A stretch of DNA of 64,000 nt from Thermodesulfovibrionales bacterium (GCA_963715195.1 CAVQRT010000007.1:32001-96000); one strand, 5' to 3'. Counted from the stretch's first letter, positions 10,738 to 21,109 are shown. Notes: a model not told the origin generated them from the sequence alone. Numbers and translations are program-made.

Positions 10738-13575
10738 TTATTCTCTTTCTTGGTAAAGGGCATGTGCGATGCGATATACCTTCTGTCTGGTTTCCTCTAT
10801 CCTTTTCAGGAGGAGATCGGTTGATTTTACCTGAAGAAACCCGCTCATTACCCGGAGCAGTTCAGAATCAGCCTTTACCACTTCCTCTTCATTGAGTCTC
10901 AAGAGGGTGTCTATTGCTTTCAGGAAACGATGTGATTGCAAAAGAAATTCTTCGGTTTTCCTGTCAAGGATAGCATATTTTGCCAGTCTTTGAAAGGCAT
11001 TCACCATGTCATGGACGATCAGGTCAGGTCTGCCCGCAGCATGCTTCAGCTGGAGGTACTGCACAAGGAACTCTATTTCTTTCATTCCACCCGGACCGTT
11101 CTTTATATCGTATCCCAATGATTCTTTCGATATGTCAGAAATGATTCTCGCTCTCATTTCCTGCACGAGGGAACCATGTATTTCCCGTCCTCTCTGAAGG
11201 ATGACCTGCTTTCTGAGGCTCAGAAATGATCTGAGGAGATTCATATCTCCGGCAACAGGACGTGCCCTGAGCAGTGACTGTATTTCCCACGGATGAGCGG
11301 CCGAAAAATAGTATGTTTCATATCCATCCATATCGTGTACCAGGATCCCGCGCGAGCCGTCCGGCCTCAGCCGCATATCGATCCGGTACGCAAAACCTTT
11401 TGCAGTATACCCCGAGAGAAATCTGATCAGCTCTTCGGCAACGCTCCCTGCGGGAGAGAGTTTCCCACCCGTTTCTAATGTGTCTTTTCTACCGCCGATG
11501 AAAAGGAGGTCGAGGTCGGAGCCTATGTTCAGGTCCCTCGCACCATAGCCGCCGACCCCTATGACGGCAAATCCTTTCTCAGCGCCGAAATAGGTGACGA
11601 TTGCCCTGATGACAACATCTGCAAGCATGCTCAACCGATGATTGAACGTGTAACTGTCGAATAAGCCTTTCAGAAACAGCATGCTGTATTTCAGTTCCTC
11701 AATAGCCTTAAACTCCCTGATTGCAGTGAGCGGTTCAGGCGTCCAGGACAGCGCTGCATCAAGGGTATCCTTCAACGACCGCAGGTTTCTCCGTATGGCG
11801 GGATACTCGAAAATACCTTCAAGGTTATCGGTACTCAGGAGCATCCGGGAAAGGTATGTGCTTGTGGAGAAGATATCCGCTATGATTTCACGGGTATCTT
11901 CCCTTTGAAGCAGGAGGTCAAGATACGCCTCATGATGACCGATCCTGCTGATGAAGGATACCAGAATGCCCAGAGCCCTGTCTTTGCCTACCGAGGCCAC
12001 GATCTTTTCGAGGAAGGCGGGAATTGCCTTTCTGAGAAGGGATCTCTCCCGCAGGGTTTTGCCTGTCGCTATCTGTTCACTGAGTGTGCGAATATTTTTC
12101 AGTGCTGAAGGAGGATTGGTGAATCCCTTGAAGCGAAGGTACTCCAGGATTGCGGTATCAGGGAGTTCATCAATAACCGACAGCAGAATCTCACGGGTTG
12201 TATCCGTTCCGCCGAGCAGCGTATTGTACATATCTCTAACCTTAAACCGTATGATTTTCAGCGTCGTCAGGAAATCTTCTTCGTGCGCATAATGCATTTT
12301 TTTTGAAAGTATTTTCAGTTCATCCGGATCAGTGGGCAGTGCGTATATCTGGAGGTCATCCTTCATCTGGAGTATGTGTTCAATCCTTCTCAAAAGGAGG
12401 TAACTTTCTGACAGGCCCTTCACATCCTCTGCGGACAGAAGTCCTTCTTTCCCGAGTTCAGCAATGACGTTCACGAGGAATCCCGTCCTGAGATTTCTTC
12501 TCTCACCGCCGTACAGGAGCTGAAAGGTATGAACAAAAAACTCGATCTCCCTGATGCCACCATATCCTCGTTTTACATCATTGATATCAAAGATGGTATC
12601 AATTTTTTTCTTAAGTTCTTTGATTTCCTCCATATCGTTGTAGTCAAATGATCTCTTCCAGGCAAAGGGTTCTATGGTGCGCATGAATGATTCACCGAGG
12701 CCTGTGTCTCCTGCCACGGGTTTTGCCCGGATCAGGGCAAGGCGCTCCCATGTTTTTCCCCATGCTTCGTAGTATGCTCGGTAAGAGTCAAGATCAAGGG
12801 AGATTGCTCCCATCTGGCCGTTGGGCCTTAAACGCAAATCTACCCTGTAGCAGATTCCATCTTCAGTCAAAGCATGCATCATTCCCGAGAGGGTTTCGGT
12901 CAGCATGCAGTAATACTCGTGAGAAGAAATCTTGTTGTGGCGTATGCCGAAGGGGTTCAGGATCCCTGTAGAAATACCGTCACTGTTGAGATATACCGTG
13001 ATCAGGTCTATATCGGAACTGTAGTTGAGCTCTCCACTGCCCAGTTTTCCCATACCGATGACAGAGAATGCATTGTGTCTGATTAAACCGAACTTCCTCC
13101 TCATGAGCGTGAACGACATCTCAAGCGCATGTTCAATGAGAGCTTCGGAGAGGATACTCAATTCAGACATGCACTCCTGCAGAACTGTCGTCCCGGAAAT
13201 ATCTCTGAGAGTTATGATGAGAAGATAGGATTTTTTGAAGTCGCGGAGAAGTTTCATGGCATGTTGTTTGTAAAGGTGATTCTGGTCATCGTCGCTGAAT
13301 GACGCATGGATCTCATTGGCGTGGGAAAGAATATGCGGTTTCCGGACAGGCAGGTGAAGAACCCTGAGGGCTTGTGACAGCTGCATTGGATTCCGTATGC
13401 AGTAGTCCGAGAGAAACTGGCTATAGGCAAATAATCCTGCAATACGTTCGATCCACTGAGCGTGTTCTTCAATGAATTCGGGATCCTTGCGGAACAGCTG
13501 TTCAAGGTTCTTGTGCGCCCTCTCGGGGTCAGGGGTTATGGACGCTGCGTCTTTTATCAGATTGAGCATGTTCAT
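10738..13575 (-). CDS. glnE: Glutamine synthetase adenylyltransferase/adenylyl-removing enzyme
   Basis: Two nucleotidyltransferase domains: GMGKLGSGELNYSSDIDL...RVDLRLRPNG and GVGGYGARDLNIGSDLDL...RIDMRLRPDG; GGIREIEF repeats; 945 aa. Confidence 0.9.
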   Translation of the reverse strand: MNMLNLIKDAASITPDPERAHKNLEQLFRKDPEFIEEHAQWIERIAGLFAYSQFLSDYCIRNPMQLSQALRVLHLPVRKPHILSHANEIHASFSDDDQNHLYKQHAMKLLRDFKKSYLLIITLRDISGTTVLQECMSELSILSEALIEHALEMSFTLMRRKFGLIRHNAFSVIGMGKLGSGELNYSSDIDLITVYLNSDGISTGILNPFGIRHNKISSHEYYCMLTETLSGMMHALTEDGICYRVDLRLRPNGQMGAISLDLDSYRAYYEAWGKTWERLALIRAKPVAGDTGLGESFMRTIEPFAWKRSFDYNDMEEIKELKKKIDTIFDINDVKRGYGGIREIEFFVHTFQLLYGGERRNLRTGFLVNVIAELGKEGLLSAEDVKGLSESYLLLRRIEHILQMKDDLQIYALPTDPDELKILSKKMHYAHEEDFLTTLKIIRFKVRDMYNTLLGGTDTTREILLSVIDELPDTAILEYLRFKGFTNPPSALKNIRTLSEQIATGKTLRERSLLRKAIPAFLEKIVASVGKDRALGILVSFISRIGHHEAYLDLLLQREDTREIIADIFSTSTYLSRMLLSTDNLEGIFEYPAIRRNLRSLKDTLDAALSWTPEPLTAIREFKAIEELKYSMLFLKGLFDSYTFNHRLSMLADVVIRAIVTYFGAEKGFAVIGVGGYGARDLNIGSDLDLLFIGGRKDTLETGGKLSPAGSVAEELIRFLSGYTAKGFAYRIDMRLRPDGSRGILVHDMDGYETYYFSAAHPWEIQSLLRARPVAGDMNLLRSFLSLRKQVILQRGREIHGSLVQEMRARIISDISKESLGYDIKNGPGGMKEIEFLVQYLQLKHAAGRPDLIVHDMVNAFQRLAKYAILDRKTEEFLLQSHRFLKAIDTLLRLNEEEVVKADSELLRVMSGFLQVKSTDLLLKRIEETRQKVYRIAHALYQERE

Positions 13576-13662
13576 CGAATATTTTGATAGTATACCAGAC
13601 GGGATTGATCACCCTGAACGCAGGATACATGCATTGAAAATCTTTTGAATTCGGAGGAGAGC

Positions 13663-14001
13663 ATGAAAATGGTGGTGGCTGTCATTAAGCATTTCAAACT
13701 GGATGACGTGAAAGAAGCAGTTTCGAAGATCGGTATTCAGGGAATGACCGTTACCGAAGTAAAGGGATTCGGCAGGCAGAAAGGACACGTCGAAATCTAC
13801 AGAGGTTCCAGTTATGAAGTCAGGTTTATCCCAAAATTGAAGCTTGAGATTGCTGTTCCTGACGGAAAGCTTGAGGAGGTTGTCAAATGCGTACAGGAAT
13901 CTGCCTGTACCGGGGAGATTGGTGACGGTAAAATTTTCATGTATGACCTGAATGATGTTGTGAGGATACGGACGGGAGAGCGTGGGGAAGGGGCATTGTG
14001 A
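13663..14001 (+). CDS. glnB: Nitrogen regulatory protein P-II (GlnB/GlnK family)
   Basis: 112 aa; [17 protein letters not shown]-loop, [26 protein letters not shown]. Confidence 0.93.
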   Translation: MKMVVAVIKHFKLDDVKEAVSKIGIQGMTVTEVKGFGRQKGHVEIYRGSSYEVRFIPKLKLEIAVPDGKLEEVVKCVQESACTGEIGDGKIFMYDLNDVVRIRTGERGEGAL

Positions 14002-14013
14002 GAGTTTTGTTCA

Positions 14014-14832
14014 TCACCACTTCTTCCTGGATATCATCAGATTGTGAACCAGTTCGGCGCCGATGAGAAAAATGCAGGAAGAATAGAATACCCAAAGGAG
14101 AAATACTACGAAGGCTGTCAGGGGTCCGTAAATAGTGCCGAACTGGACAACAGTTCCGGCATACCAGGTAAAAATATGCTTTGCAGCTTCAAGGAATACC
14201 GTCGCAAAGAATGCACCGATGAATGCACAGGATGCCCTGACTTTTGTTTTCGGGAAGAAGATGTACATGATGGTAATCGTAAAAAAGACCATCAGGAACG
14301 GTACGATGTAGCTTATCATCACTGCAGTTATGACTCCTATCCGCAATTCCGGAAAGATCTGCCTCACGGCTTTGAGAAGCGGAATGAGCGACGTTGCAAC
14401 AAATGAAATGAAGAGCATTATCATGATAAAGGTGATGATTATCAGTGAGAGGATAACAGACCAGAAAAACGATCTCTTGGTTTTCACTTCAAAAATAACA
14501 TGCAATGCATTTTCTATGGATGCGAAGACCTGAAAAGAGAGCACTCCATAGAGTAAAAGGCTCAAGGCGCCGATCCCGTGAAAGGATATCAATTTGCTCA
14601 ATTCTTCCGTGATGCCTTTGGTTATCGACGGGAAAAAATTGATCAGTCTCGTGGAAAAGAATTCATAGAATCCATAGTAATGGCCAAGAAAATAGCCGAA
14701 AACGGTGACCAGAAAGAGGCACAGAGGTACGATTGCCATCATGGTAAAATATGAAATTGCGCCCGCGAGCATCGGGCCACCGTCTTTAAAGAAATCTATA
14801 AAACTCCTGGTAAGAACATAAACATATCTCAT
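14014..14832 (-). CDS. YihY/BrkB family inner membrane protein
   Basis: GPMLAGAISYF, IYGPLTAFVVFLLWVFYSSCIFLIGAE; start MRYVYVL overlaps the der stop. Confidence 0.85.
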   Translation of the reverse strand: MRYVYVLTRSFIDFFKDGGPMLAGAISYFTMMAIVPLCLFLVTVFGYFLGHYYGFYEFFSTRLINFFPSITKGITEELSKLISFHGIGALSLLLYGVLSFQVFASIENALHVIFEVKTKRSFFWSVILSLIIITFIMIMLFISFVATSLIPLLKAVRQIFPELRIGVITAVMISYIVPFLMVFFTITIMYIFFPKTKVRASCAFIGAFFATVFLEAAKHIFTWYAGTVVQFGTIYGPLTAFVVFLLWVFYSSCIFLIGAELVHNLMISRKKW

Positions 14833-16145
14833 CTTCTGCGTGATTTTGCCTTTACATAAATCCGTATCGGCGTTCCGTGAAATAAGAATTTGTTTCTTAA
14901 AACTTTTTCTATATGCCGTATGTGGGCGTCCTTTATCGCTGCAGGATAATTCACGAAGACGGTAAAAGAAGGGGGTTCCGTCCGCACCTGCGTTATGTAG
15001 TTCAGCCTGACTGACTTTCCTTTGTATGAAGACAGTGTCATCGTTGACTGCATTTCGCTGAAGCAACGGTTCAACGCTGCCGTAGGTATCCTCTTATTCC
15101 TTTCCCTGATGATTTCATCGATTAACGGAAATACCTTTGTAACGCGCTTTTTCTCGAGGGCTGAAACGGTCAGAATGGGTGCATACTGCATAAACCACAT
15201 CTTCCTGCCTACTTCCCTCAGCAGGGCTTTATATGTATCTTCAGATTTCTCAAGGAGGTCCCATTTGTTCAGGAGAAAAACACCGCCCTTGCCATAACTG
15301 TCCACAATACCCGCGATTTTTTGGTCCTGGTCGACAATGCCGTCAGTGGCACTGAGGACAATCAACGCGACATCGCATCTGAGGATGCTTTTTACGGCCC
15401 GGACCGCGGAAAACCGTTCGAGCGAATATCCGGACATATCCTTTTTTCTGATGCCGGCGGTGTCGATAAACAGATATTTATTGCCATAATATGTACAGAT
15501 GCTGTCTATGGAATCCCTCGTGGTCCCGGGAGCAGGGCTTACGATCATCCGTTTTTTGCTGAGGAGGGTATTGACGAGGGTTGATTTTCCCACATTTGGT
15601 CGCCCGACAACTGCAATATTGGGATAATCAAGCTTTTCGCCGGTATGCGGTGGCAGGAGAGAGACAAGCTTGTCCATCAGATCATCATATCCGTATCCTG
15701 TTGCAGCAGAAACCGGCCAGAGGTCATCCGTGCCTAACGGATAAAAATCGTAGAGTCTTTCGTGACGTGTCGGCCCGTCAATTTTATTGACCGTCCAGAG
15801 GACTTGTTTCCCTGATGCCCTGAGTAAAAGGGCAATCTCTATATCGGGTGGAACGAGGCCATCCTTCCCATCGAGCAGATGAATGATAACGTCAGCCTCG
15901 TCTATGGCAAAAAGGGCCTGTTCTCTGATCTGGAGAAATATGTCATCCAACGGCTCAGGATACAATCCACCCGTGTCGACGACAATGAAATGCTTGCCAT
16001 CCCATTCAGCGTCGAGATAGTTGCGGTCTCTTGTAACGCCGGGAATGTTTTCGATGATCGCAGTATATGATTGTGTTATGCGATTAAAAAGGGTCGATTT
16101 GCCGACATTCGGCCTGCCTACAATGACAACGATCGGTTTTGGCAT
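14829..16145 (-). CDS. der: Ribosome biogenesis GTPase Der (EngA)
   Basis: Tandem GRPNVGKSTL G domains, DTGG/DTAG, C-terminal KH-like domain. Confidence 0.97.
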   Translation of the reverse strand: MPKPIVVIVGRPNVGKSTLFNRITQSYTAIIENIPGVTRDRNYLDAEWDGKHFIVVDTGGLYPEPLDDIFLQIREQALFAIDEADVIIHLLDGKDGLVPPDIEIALLLRASGKQVLWTVNKIDGPTRHERLYDFYPLGTDDLWPVSAATGYGYDDLMDKLVSLLPPHTGEKLDYPNIAVVGRPNVGKSTLVNTLLSKKRMIVSPAPGTTRDSIDSICTYYGNKYLFIDTAGIRKKDMSGYSLERFSAVRAVKSILRCDVALIVLSATDGIVDQDQKIAGIVDSYGKGGVFLLNKWDLLEKSEDTYKALLREVGRKMWFMQYAPILTVSALEKKRVTKVFPLIDEIIRERNKRIPTAALNRCFSEMQSTMTLSSYKGKSVRLNYITQVRTEPPSFTVFVNYPAAIKDAHIRHIEKVLRNKFLFHGTPIRIYVKAKSRRR

Positions 16146-16686
16146 GATTACATTGTACACTAAGCGGTGCAGAAAACTTCCTGAACTCCTCCACCATGCC
16201 GATCCAGAGTTCGGCTACGTCCCGGAGAGAATCGTCAAACTCCCGGTATGTCGACTGCGGTTCGATATAATCGAGCAGGGAATCGCAGAAATACCAGTTG
16301 CAGTGAGAAGGTCTCCGTGAGCGCTCTATGGAACAGCCGGTTTCAAGAAGGTATGGACAAGGGTCCCTGTCATTCCCCCCAACAATCAGATGGGGAGCTC
16401 TCAGACCAAGGGCGGAGAGATAAACAAGATCTTCATACGTATAATGACCATGTTTCCTGATGCAGCAGACATCTTTGCAGAGGGGGCAAACGTTCTGGTT
16501 TGCCTGCCGGATGAAAGTGTCTATTCTCTGAAAGCCTTCCTGTATTTTTTGGGCAAACCAGGTGATTTTTGTTAATTCTTGGTGGTGAACGGAGAAGATC
16601 TTCTCCAGAGAGAGAACAACCTGCTCATATATAAGCGGATCCCGGAAGTTATATGATTCAGATAGGTAATCGGCCGTCATATGCAT
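16084..16686 (-). CDS. Cys-cluster protein, YkgJ/CxxCxxCC-like
   Basis: CPLCKDVCC ... CPYLLETGCSIERSRRPSHCNWYFC; start uncertain; 3' end overlaps der. Confidence 0.65.
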   Translation of the reverse strand: MHMTADYLSESYNFRDPLIYEQVVLSLEKIFSVHHQELTKITWFAQKIQEGFQRIDTFIRQANQNVCPLCKDVCCIRKHGHYTYEDLVYLSALGLRAPHLIVGGNDRDPCPYLLETGCSIERSRRPSHCNWYFCDSLLDYIEPQSTYREFDDSLRDVAELWIGMVEEFRKFSAPLSVQCNHAKTDRCHCRQAECRQIDPF

Positions 16687-16768
16687 AGAGTAATTTTTCC
16701 TGATAATATAGGCTATTATATTCGTATTATAACCGAGCGGTGATATTTGTTTTTTAAGTAGAGGACAC

Positions 16769-17788
16769 ATGCTGAAAGATAATTTTGATCGTACAATAAA
16801 TTACATGCGGATATCGGTTACGGACAGATGTAACCTGCGATGCGTCTACTGTATGCCGCCCGGAGGTATGAAGCCCATTGCACATAAAGATATCCTCCGG
16901 TATGAAGAGATAGCGAGGATTTTACGGATTGCTGTTCGAACAGGCGTAAGAAAGGTACGCTTGACAGGGGGAGAACCTCTGGTGAGGAAAAATATTGTTC
17001 GTCTTATTGCGTTGATAAGGAACATTGAAGGCATAGATGAACTGAGCATGACAACAAACGGTATCCTTCTCTCTCACTATGCTGAAGAACTGGCAGATGC
17101 AGGCCTTGACAGAGTAAATGTCAGTCTTGATTCCCTCAAAGCTGACAGATTCAGAGACATTACGAGGGGTGGGGTTCTCGATGCTGTACTAAGGGGTATC
17201 GAAGCCTCGGAGAAGGCCGGACTTGCACCAATAAAAATAAACGTTGTGCCTATCCGTGGTCTGAACGACGACGAGATAGGGGAATTTGCAAAATTGACAT
17301 TACAGTCTGATTACCAGGTACGGTTTATTGAGTTCATGCCTTTCGTACCTGAGGATATGTGGAATCGGGAACGATTCATCTCAACAGAAGAGATGAAATC
17401 TCATGTCGAACAGATAGGCACTCTTGTTCCTGCAAAGATGAAGAAGTCGGGTCCTGCACGGTACTTCAGATTTGAGGGTGCTGCCGGTGTGGTCGGTTTT
17501 ATCAGCCCAATCAGCAATCATTTCTGTCGGGAGTGCAACCGTCTTCGATTGACTGCGGACGGCAAATTGAGGCCATGTCTTTTTTCTGAAACAGAGATTG
17601 ATTTAAAGCCTGCTCTTCGCAACAATGGGCCTGACACAGAAATCAGACGGCTTATTGAATTGTCGATAGCAACGAAACCAGAAGGCCATTCCATGAAAAT
17701 GGAAAGTGTGTTTCCGGCATCGGATTGTTTTTCAATGAAAGCGGTTCGAAATAGGCAGAGAAGGCCGATGTCAAGAATAGGCGGGTGA
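16769..17788 (+). CDS. moaA: GTP 3',8-cyclase (molybdopterin biosynthesis radical SAM)
   Basis: RISVTDRCNLRCVYC, FCRECNRLRLTADGKLRPCL, C-terminal MSRIGG. Confidence 0.97.
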   Translation: MLKDNFDRTINYMRISVTDRCNLRCVYCMPPGGMKPIAHKDILRYEEIARILRIAVRTGVRKVRLTGGEPLVRKNIVRLIALIRNIEGIDELSMTTNGILLSHYAEELADAGLDRVNVSLDSLKADRFRDITRGGVLDAVLRGIEASEKAGLAPIKINVVPIRGLNDDEIGEFAKLTLQSDYQVRFIEFMPFVPEDMWNRERFISTEEMKSHVEQIGTLVPAKMKKSGPARYFRFEGAAGVVGFISPISNHFCRECNRLRLTADGKLRPCLFSETEIDLKPALRNNGPDTEIRRLIELSIATKPEGHSMKMESVFPASDCFSMKAVRNRQRRPMSRIGG

Positions 17789-17802
17789 ACCTCTACAATA
17801 TC

Positions 17803-18264
17803 TTACGAAACTTCGAAGATGAATTCTATTTCGAGGGGCGCGTTCAGCGGGAGAACAGCTACCCCGACTGCGGCCCGCGCATGCTTTCCTGCTTCACCGA
17901 AGATTTCATAGAGCAGATCAGAGGCGGCATTGAGCACCTTCGGCTGTTCTGTGAAATCAGGAGACGAAGCAATATAGCCGGTGATTTTGACGCAGCGTTT
18001 CACGGTATTAAGGGAGCCGGTACATGACCGCAAGGCTGCAAGTGCATTCATGACAGCACGTCTGGCATCTTCCCTCGCTTGGTCCAACGTTATCTGTTCC
18101 CCCAGTCTTCCCTGTCTGGGAAGTTTTCCGTTCACAAGGGGTAATATCCCGCTGAGAAAAACGAGATTCCCTGTCTTAGTAACCGGAAGATATGAGCCTA
18201 ATGGTTGTGGAACTTCGGGAAGTACTATCCCTAATGCTTTTATCTTCTGTTCAGGTGTCATCAT
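17803..18264 (-). CDS. RidA/YjgF family protein
   Basis: LVFLSGILP, QPKVLNAASDLL, GKHARAAVGV..LPLNAPLEIE. Confidence 0.9.
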   Translation of the reverse strand: MMTPEQKIKALGIVLPEVPQPLGSYLPVTKTGNLVFLSGILPLVNGKLPRQGRLGEQITLDQAREDARRAVMNALAALRSCTGSLNTVKRCVKITGYIASSPDFTEQPKVLNAASDLLYEIFGEAGKHARAAVGVAVLPLNAPLEIEFIFEVS

Positions 18265-19520
18265 AATCCCAGTTCACCGGGAGTTCCGATCCGTCCGAGA
18301 ACTGCAGAGGCTGCCGCCACAGCCGGGTTTGAGAGATACAGCTCACTCTCCGGATGGCCCATCCTCCCGACAAAATTCCTGTTCGTCGTTGCGATCGCCC
18401 GTTCACCCTTTGCGAGGATTCCCATGTGCCCTCCAAGGCAGGGACCGCACGTAGGAGTCGATACCGCCGCTTCAGCTTCTATAAAAATATCGAGCAGCTT
18501 CTCTTTCATCGCCTGGCGGTAAATCCTCTGGGTTGCCGGAATAACGATCATCCGCACGTTCGGATTGACTTTCCTGCCTCTCAATACCTGTGCTGCTTCC
18601 CGCAGATCTTCGAGACGGCCGTTGGTACACGAACCGATCACGACCTGATCGATGGTAATTTCAAAGAGTTCCGCAGCCGGTTGCGTGTTTGACGGCAGAT
18701 GAGGACAGGAGACGGTAAGAGGAATCTTCGAGCAGTCATATTCCTTGGTTTCTCTGTAGGTGGCTTTCTTATCGGATGCATAATAAACTGGTGTCCGTTT
18801 TGCCCTTTTCCTCACATATGCTTTGGTGATTTTGTCAGGGACTATAATGGCACTTTTCCCGCCGGCTTCTATTGCCATATTGCACATCGTCAGCCTCCCG
18901 TGCATCGGGAGATTACGTATCGTTTCCCCGTCGAATTCCATTGCCCTATAGAGAGCTCCGTCAACACCTATGTCGCCTATGGTGTGAAGAATCAGGTCTT
19001 TTCCCCCGACCCATTTGTTCAGCTTCCCGTAGTATATGAATTTCATGGATTCAGGAACTTTAAACCAGCACTCACCGGCTGCCATAGCGGCAGCAACATC
19101 AGTCGAGCCGACTCCGGTTGAAAATGCACCAAGTGCTCCATATGTGCAGGTGTGGCTGTCTGCACCGATGATAAGATCGCCGGGAACGACCAGCCCCTCA
19201 TCGGGAAGAAGGGCGTGTTCGATCCCCATCCTTCCAACTTCGAAATAGAGGCCCAGATGGTATTCTCTCGAAAAATCCCTGAGCATCTTGCATTGTTCGG
19301 CTGCTTTAATGTCTTTCTGAGGAGCAAAATGATCTGGAATGAATGCCACCCTGTTTTTATCAAAGACATCCTTTGCTCCGATCTTTCTGAATTCTGAAAT
19401 CGCAATAGGGGCGGTGATATCGTTGGCAAGGACTAAGTCGACCTTTGCGTTGATGAGTTCACCGGCTGAAACGGCTTTCTTGCCGGAATGTGCTGCGAAA
19501 ATCTTTTCTGTTATCGTCAT
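18261..19520 (-). CDS. leuC: 3-isopropylmalate dehydratase large subunit (LeuC/HacA type)
   Basis: GADSHTCTYG, IGSCTNGR, CGPCLGG, TTNRNFVGRMG. Confidence 0.92.
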   Translation of the reverse strand: MTITEKIFAAHSGKKAVSAGELINAKVDLVLANDITAPIAISEFRKIGAKDVFDKNRVAFIPDHFAPQKDIKAAEQCKMLRDFSREYHLGLYFEVGRMGIEHALLPDEGLVVPGDLIIGADSHTCTYGALGAFSTGVGSTDVAAAMAAGECWFKVPESMKFIYYGKLNKWVGGKDLILHTIGDIGVDGALYRAMEFDGETIRNLPMHGRLTMCNMAIEAGGKSAIIVPDKITKAYVRKRAKRTPVYYASDKKATYRETKEYDCSKIPLTVSCPHLPSNTQPAAELFEITIDQVVIGSCTNGRLEDLREAAQVLRGRKVNPNVRMIVIPATQRIYRQAMKEKLLDIFIEAEAAVSTPTCGPCLGGHMGILAKGERAIATTNRNFVGRMGHPESELYLSNPAVAAASAVLGRIGTPGELGL

Positions 19521-19644
19521 AAGTTTCCTCCAAATGTGTTAAATTGTATTATACATGAGCCAAAAGTATCGGAACCACAGGAGCAGCACACGCACCTTCC
19601 TTTTTGTGCTAAAATTACAGACTTATATAATAAATACCTGAACC

Positions 19645-21102
19645 ATGGGCAGAGAAATCAAAAAGATACTTATAGCGAATCGCGGGGTTACCGCTGTACG
19701 AATAATTCATACGTGCAGGGACAGAAAGATCCCGACCACTGCTGTTTACAGCACACCCGACCGCCTTGCGCACCACGTGTTTATGGCTGATTCTGCCGTG
19801 CATATCGGTGAAGCACCTCCGGTTGAGTCGTATCTCAATATGGAAAAAATGATCGCTGCGGCAATTCAGAGCAGATCCGATGCAGTTCATCCCGGATGGG
19901 GATTCCTTGCGGAGAACCACACGTTTGCACAGATGGTCATAGACGCCGGTTTGCAATGGATAGGCCCCCCGCCCAAGGTTATTGAGGCCCTCGGCGATAA
20001 GATACAGGCAAAATATCTTGCGAAAAAGGCCAATGTTCCCACAATCCCCGGAATCATCGATGTCATGAGTGTCGATCAGATCACGAAGTGGATGAAGCAT
20101 GACAGGGTAACATTCCCGATCATGATCAAGGCTGTTGCCGGTGGCGGAGGCAGGGGAATGGTCAAGGTCGAGCATAAGAATCAACTCGTGCAGTCATTTG
20201 CGCAGGCTCGCTCTGAAGCATTGAAATCGTTCGGGGATGACAGGGTCCTGGTGGAAAAATATATTGAGCGGGGCAGACATATAGAGGTTCAGGTTGTCGG
20301 CGATGATGAAGGGAATATCGTGCATCTCTATGAGAGGGAGTGCACGATTCAGCGAAGGAACCAGAAGATTATCGAAGAAGCGCCCTCCCCATCCATAGAC
20401 GATGATCTCAGGCGTGAGATCTGCTTTACTGCAACACGCCTCATGCGTGAGATCGGCTATACGTCAGCAGGCACCGTTGAGTTCATTTTCGATTCCACCA
20501 CAAAGAAGTATTATTTCCTTGAGGTAAATACCCGTCTGCAGGTGGAACACGGTATTACGGAACTGATAACCGGTCTCGATATTGTCGGTATCATGATTGA
20601 TGTTGCGACAGGCAAGAAGCTTCCCTTCAAACAGACTGATATCCATCCGAACAGATGGGCTCTGGAAGTGAGGCTGAATGCCGAAGACCCAAGAAATTTC
20701 AGCCCTTCCTTCGGAACGATCACCCGTCTTCAGGTACCTCAGGGGCCCGGAGTCAGAATTGCGTCTGGTGCTTACGAGGGTGCTGATATTCCGCCCTACT
20801 ATGATTCGCTTTTCATGCTGCTGATAACAGCAGGAGCCGACAGGGCGGATGCAATTCGAGTTATGGACCGGACGCTCAGCAGGAATCTCAGGGTAGAAGG
20901 GGTGAAAACCCTCGCGCCGCTGCTTTTGAGCATTATCAGACATCCCGCATTCAAAGCGGGTGAATTTTCAACACGGTTTATAGAGGAAAATATGGATGAT
21001 TTGATCTCCATGTTCAAGGAAAAGAACAGCGAAGATGAGGTCCTGAAGATCGCCCGATATGTTGCGAAAATATCTGCTCTCGGCCCGCAGCCGTGGATGT
21101 AG
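19645..21102 (+). CDS. pycA: Biotin carboxylase subunit of a pyruvate-carboxylase-like enzyme
   Basis: KILIANRG, HPGWGFLAEN, GGGGRGM, ERECTIQRRNQK, FLEVNTRLQVEH, YYDSL. Confidence 0.85.
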   Translation: MGREIKKILIANRGVTAVRIIHTCRDRKIPTTAVYSTPDRLAHHVFMADSAVHIGEAPPVESYLNMEKMIAAAIQSRSDAVHPGWGFLAENHTFAQMVIDAGLQWIGPPPKVIEALGDKIQAKYLAKKANVPTIPGIIDVMSVDQITKWMKHDRVTFPIMIKAVAGGGGRGMVKVEHKNQLVQSFAQARSEALKSFGDDRVLVEKYIERGRHIEVQVVGDDEGNIVHLYERECTIQRRNQKIIEEAPSPSIDDDLRREICFTATRLMREIGYTSAGTVEFIFDSTTKKYYFLEVNTRLQVEHGITELITGLDIVGIMIDVATGKKLPFKQTDIHPNRWALEVRLNAEDPRNFSPSFGTITRLQVPQGPGVRIASGAYEGADIPPYYDSLFMLLITAGADRADAIRVMDRTLSRNLRVEGVKTLAPLLLSIIRHPAFKAGEFSTRFIEENMDDLISMFKEKNSEDEVLKIARYVAKISALGPQPWM

Positions 21103-21109
21103 GAAGAAT

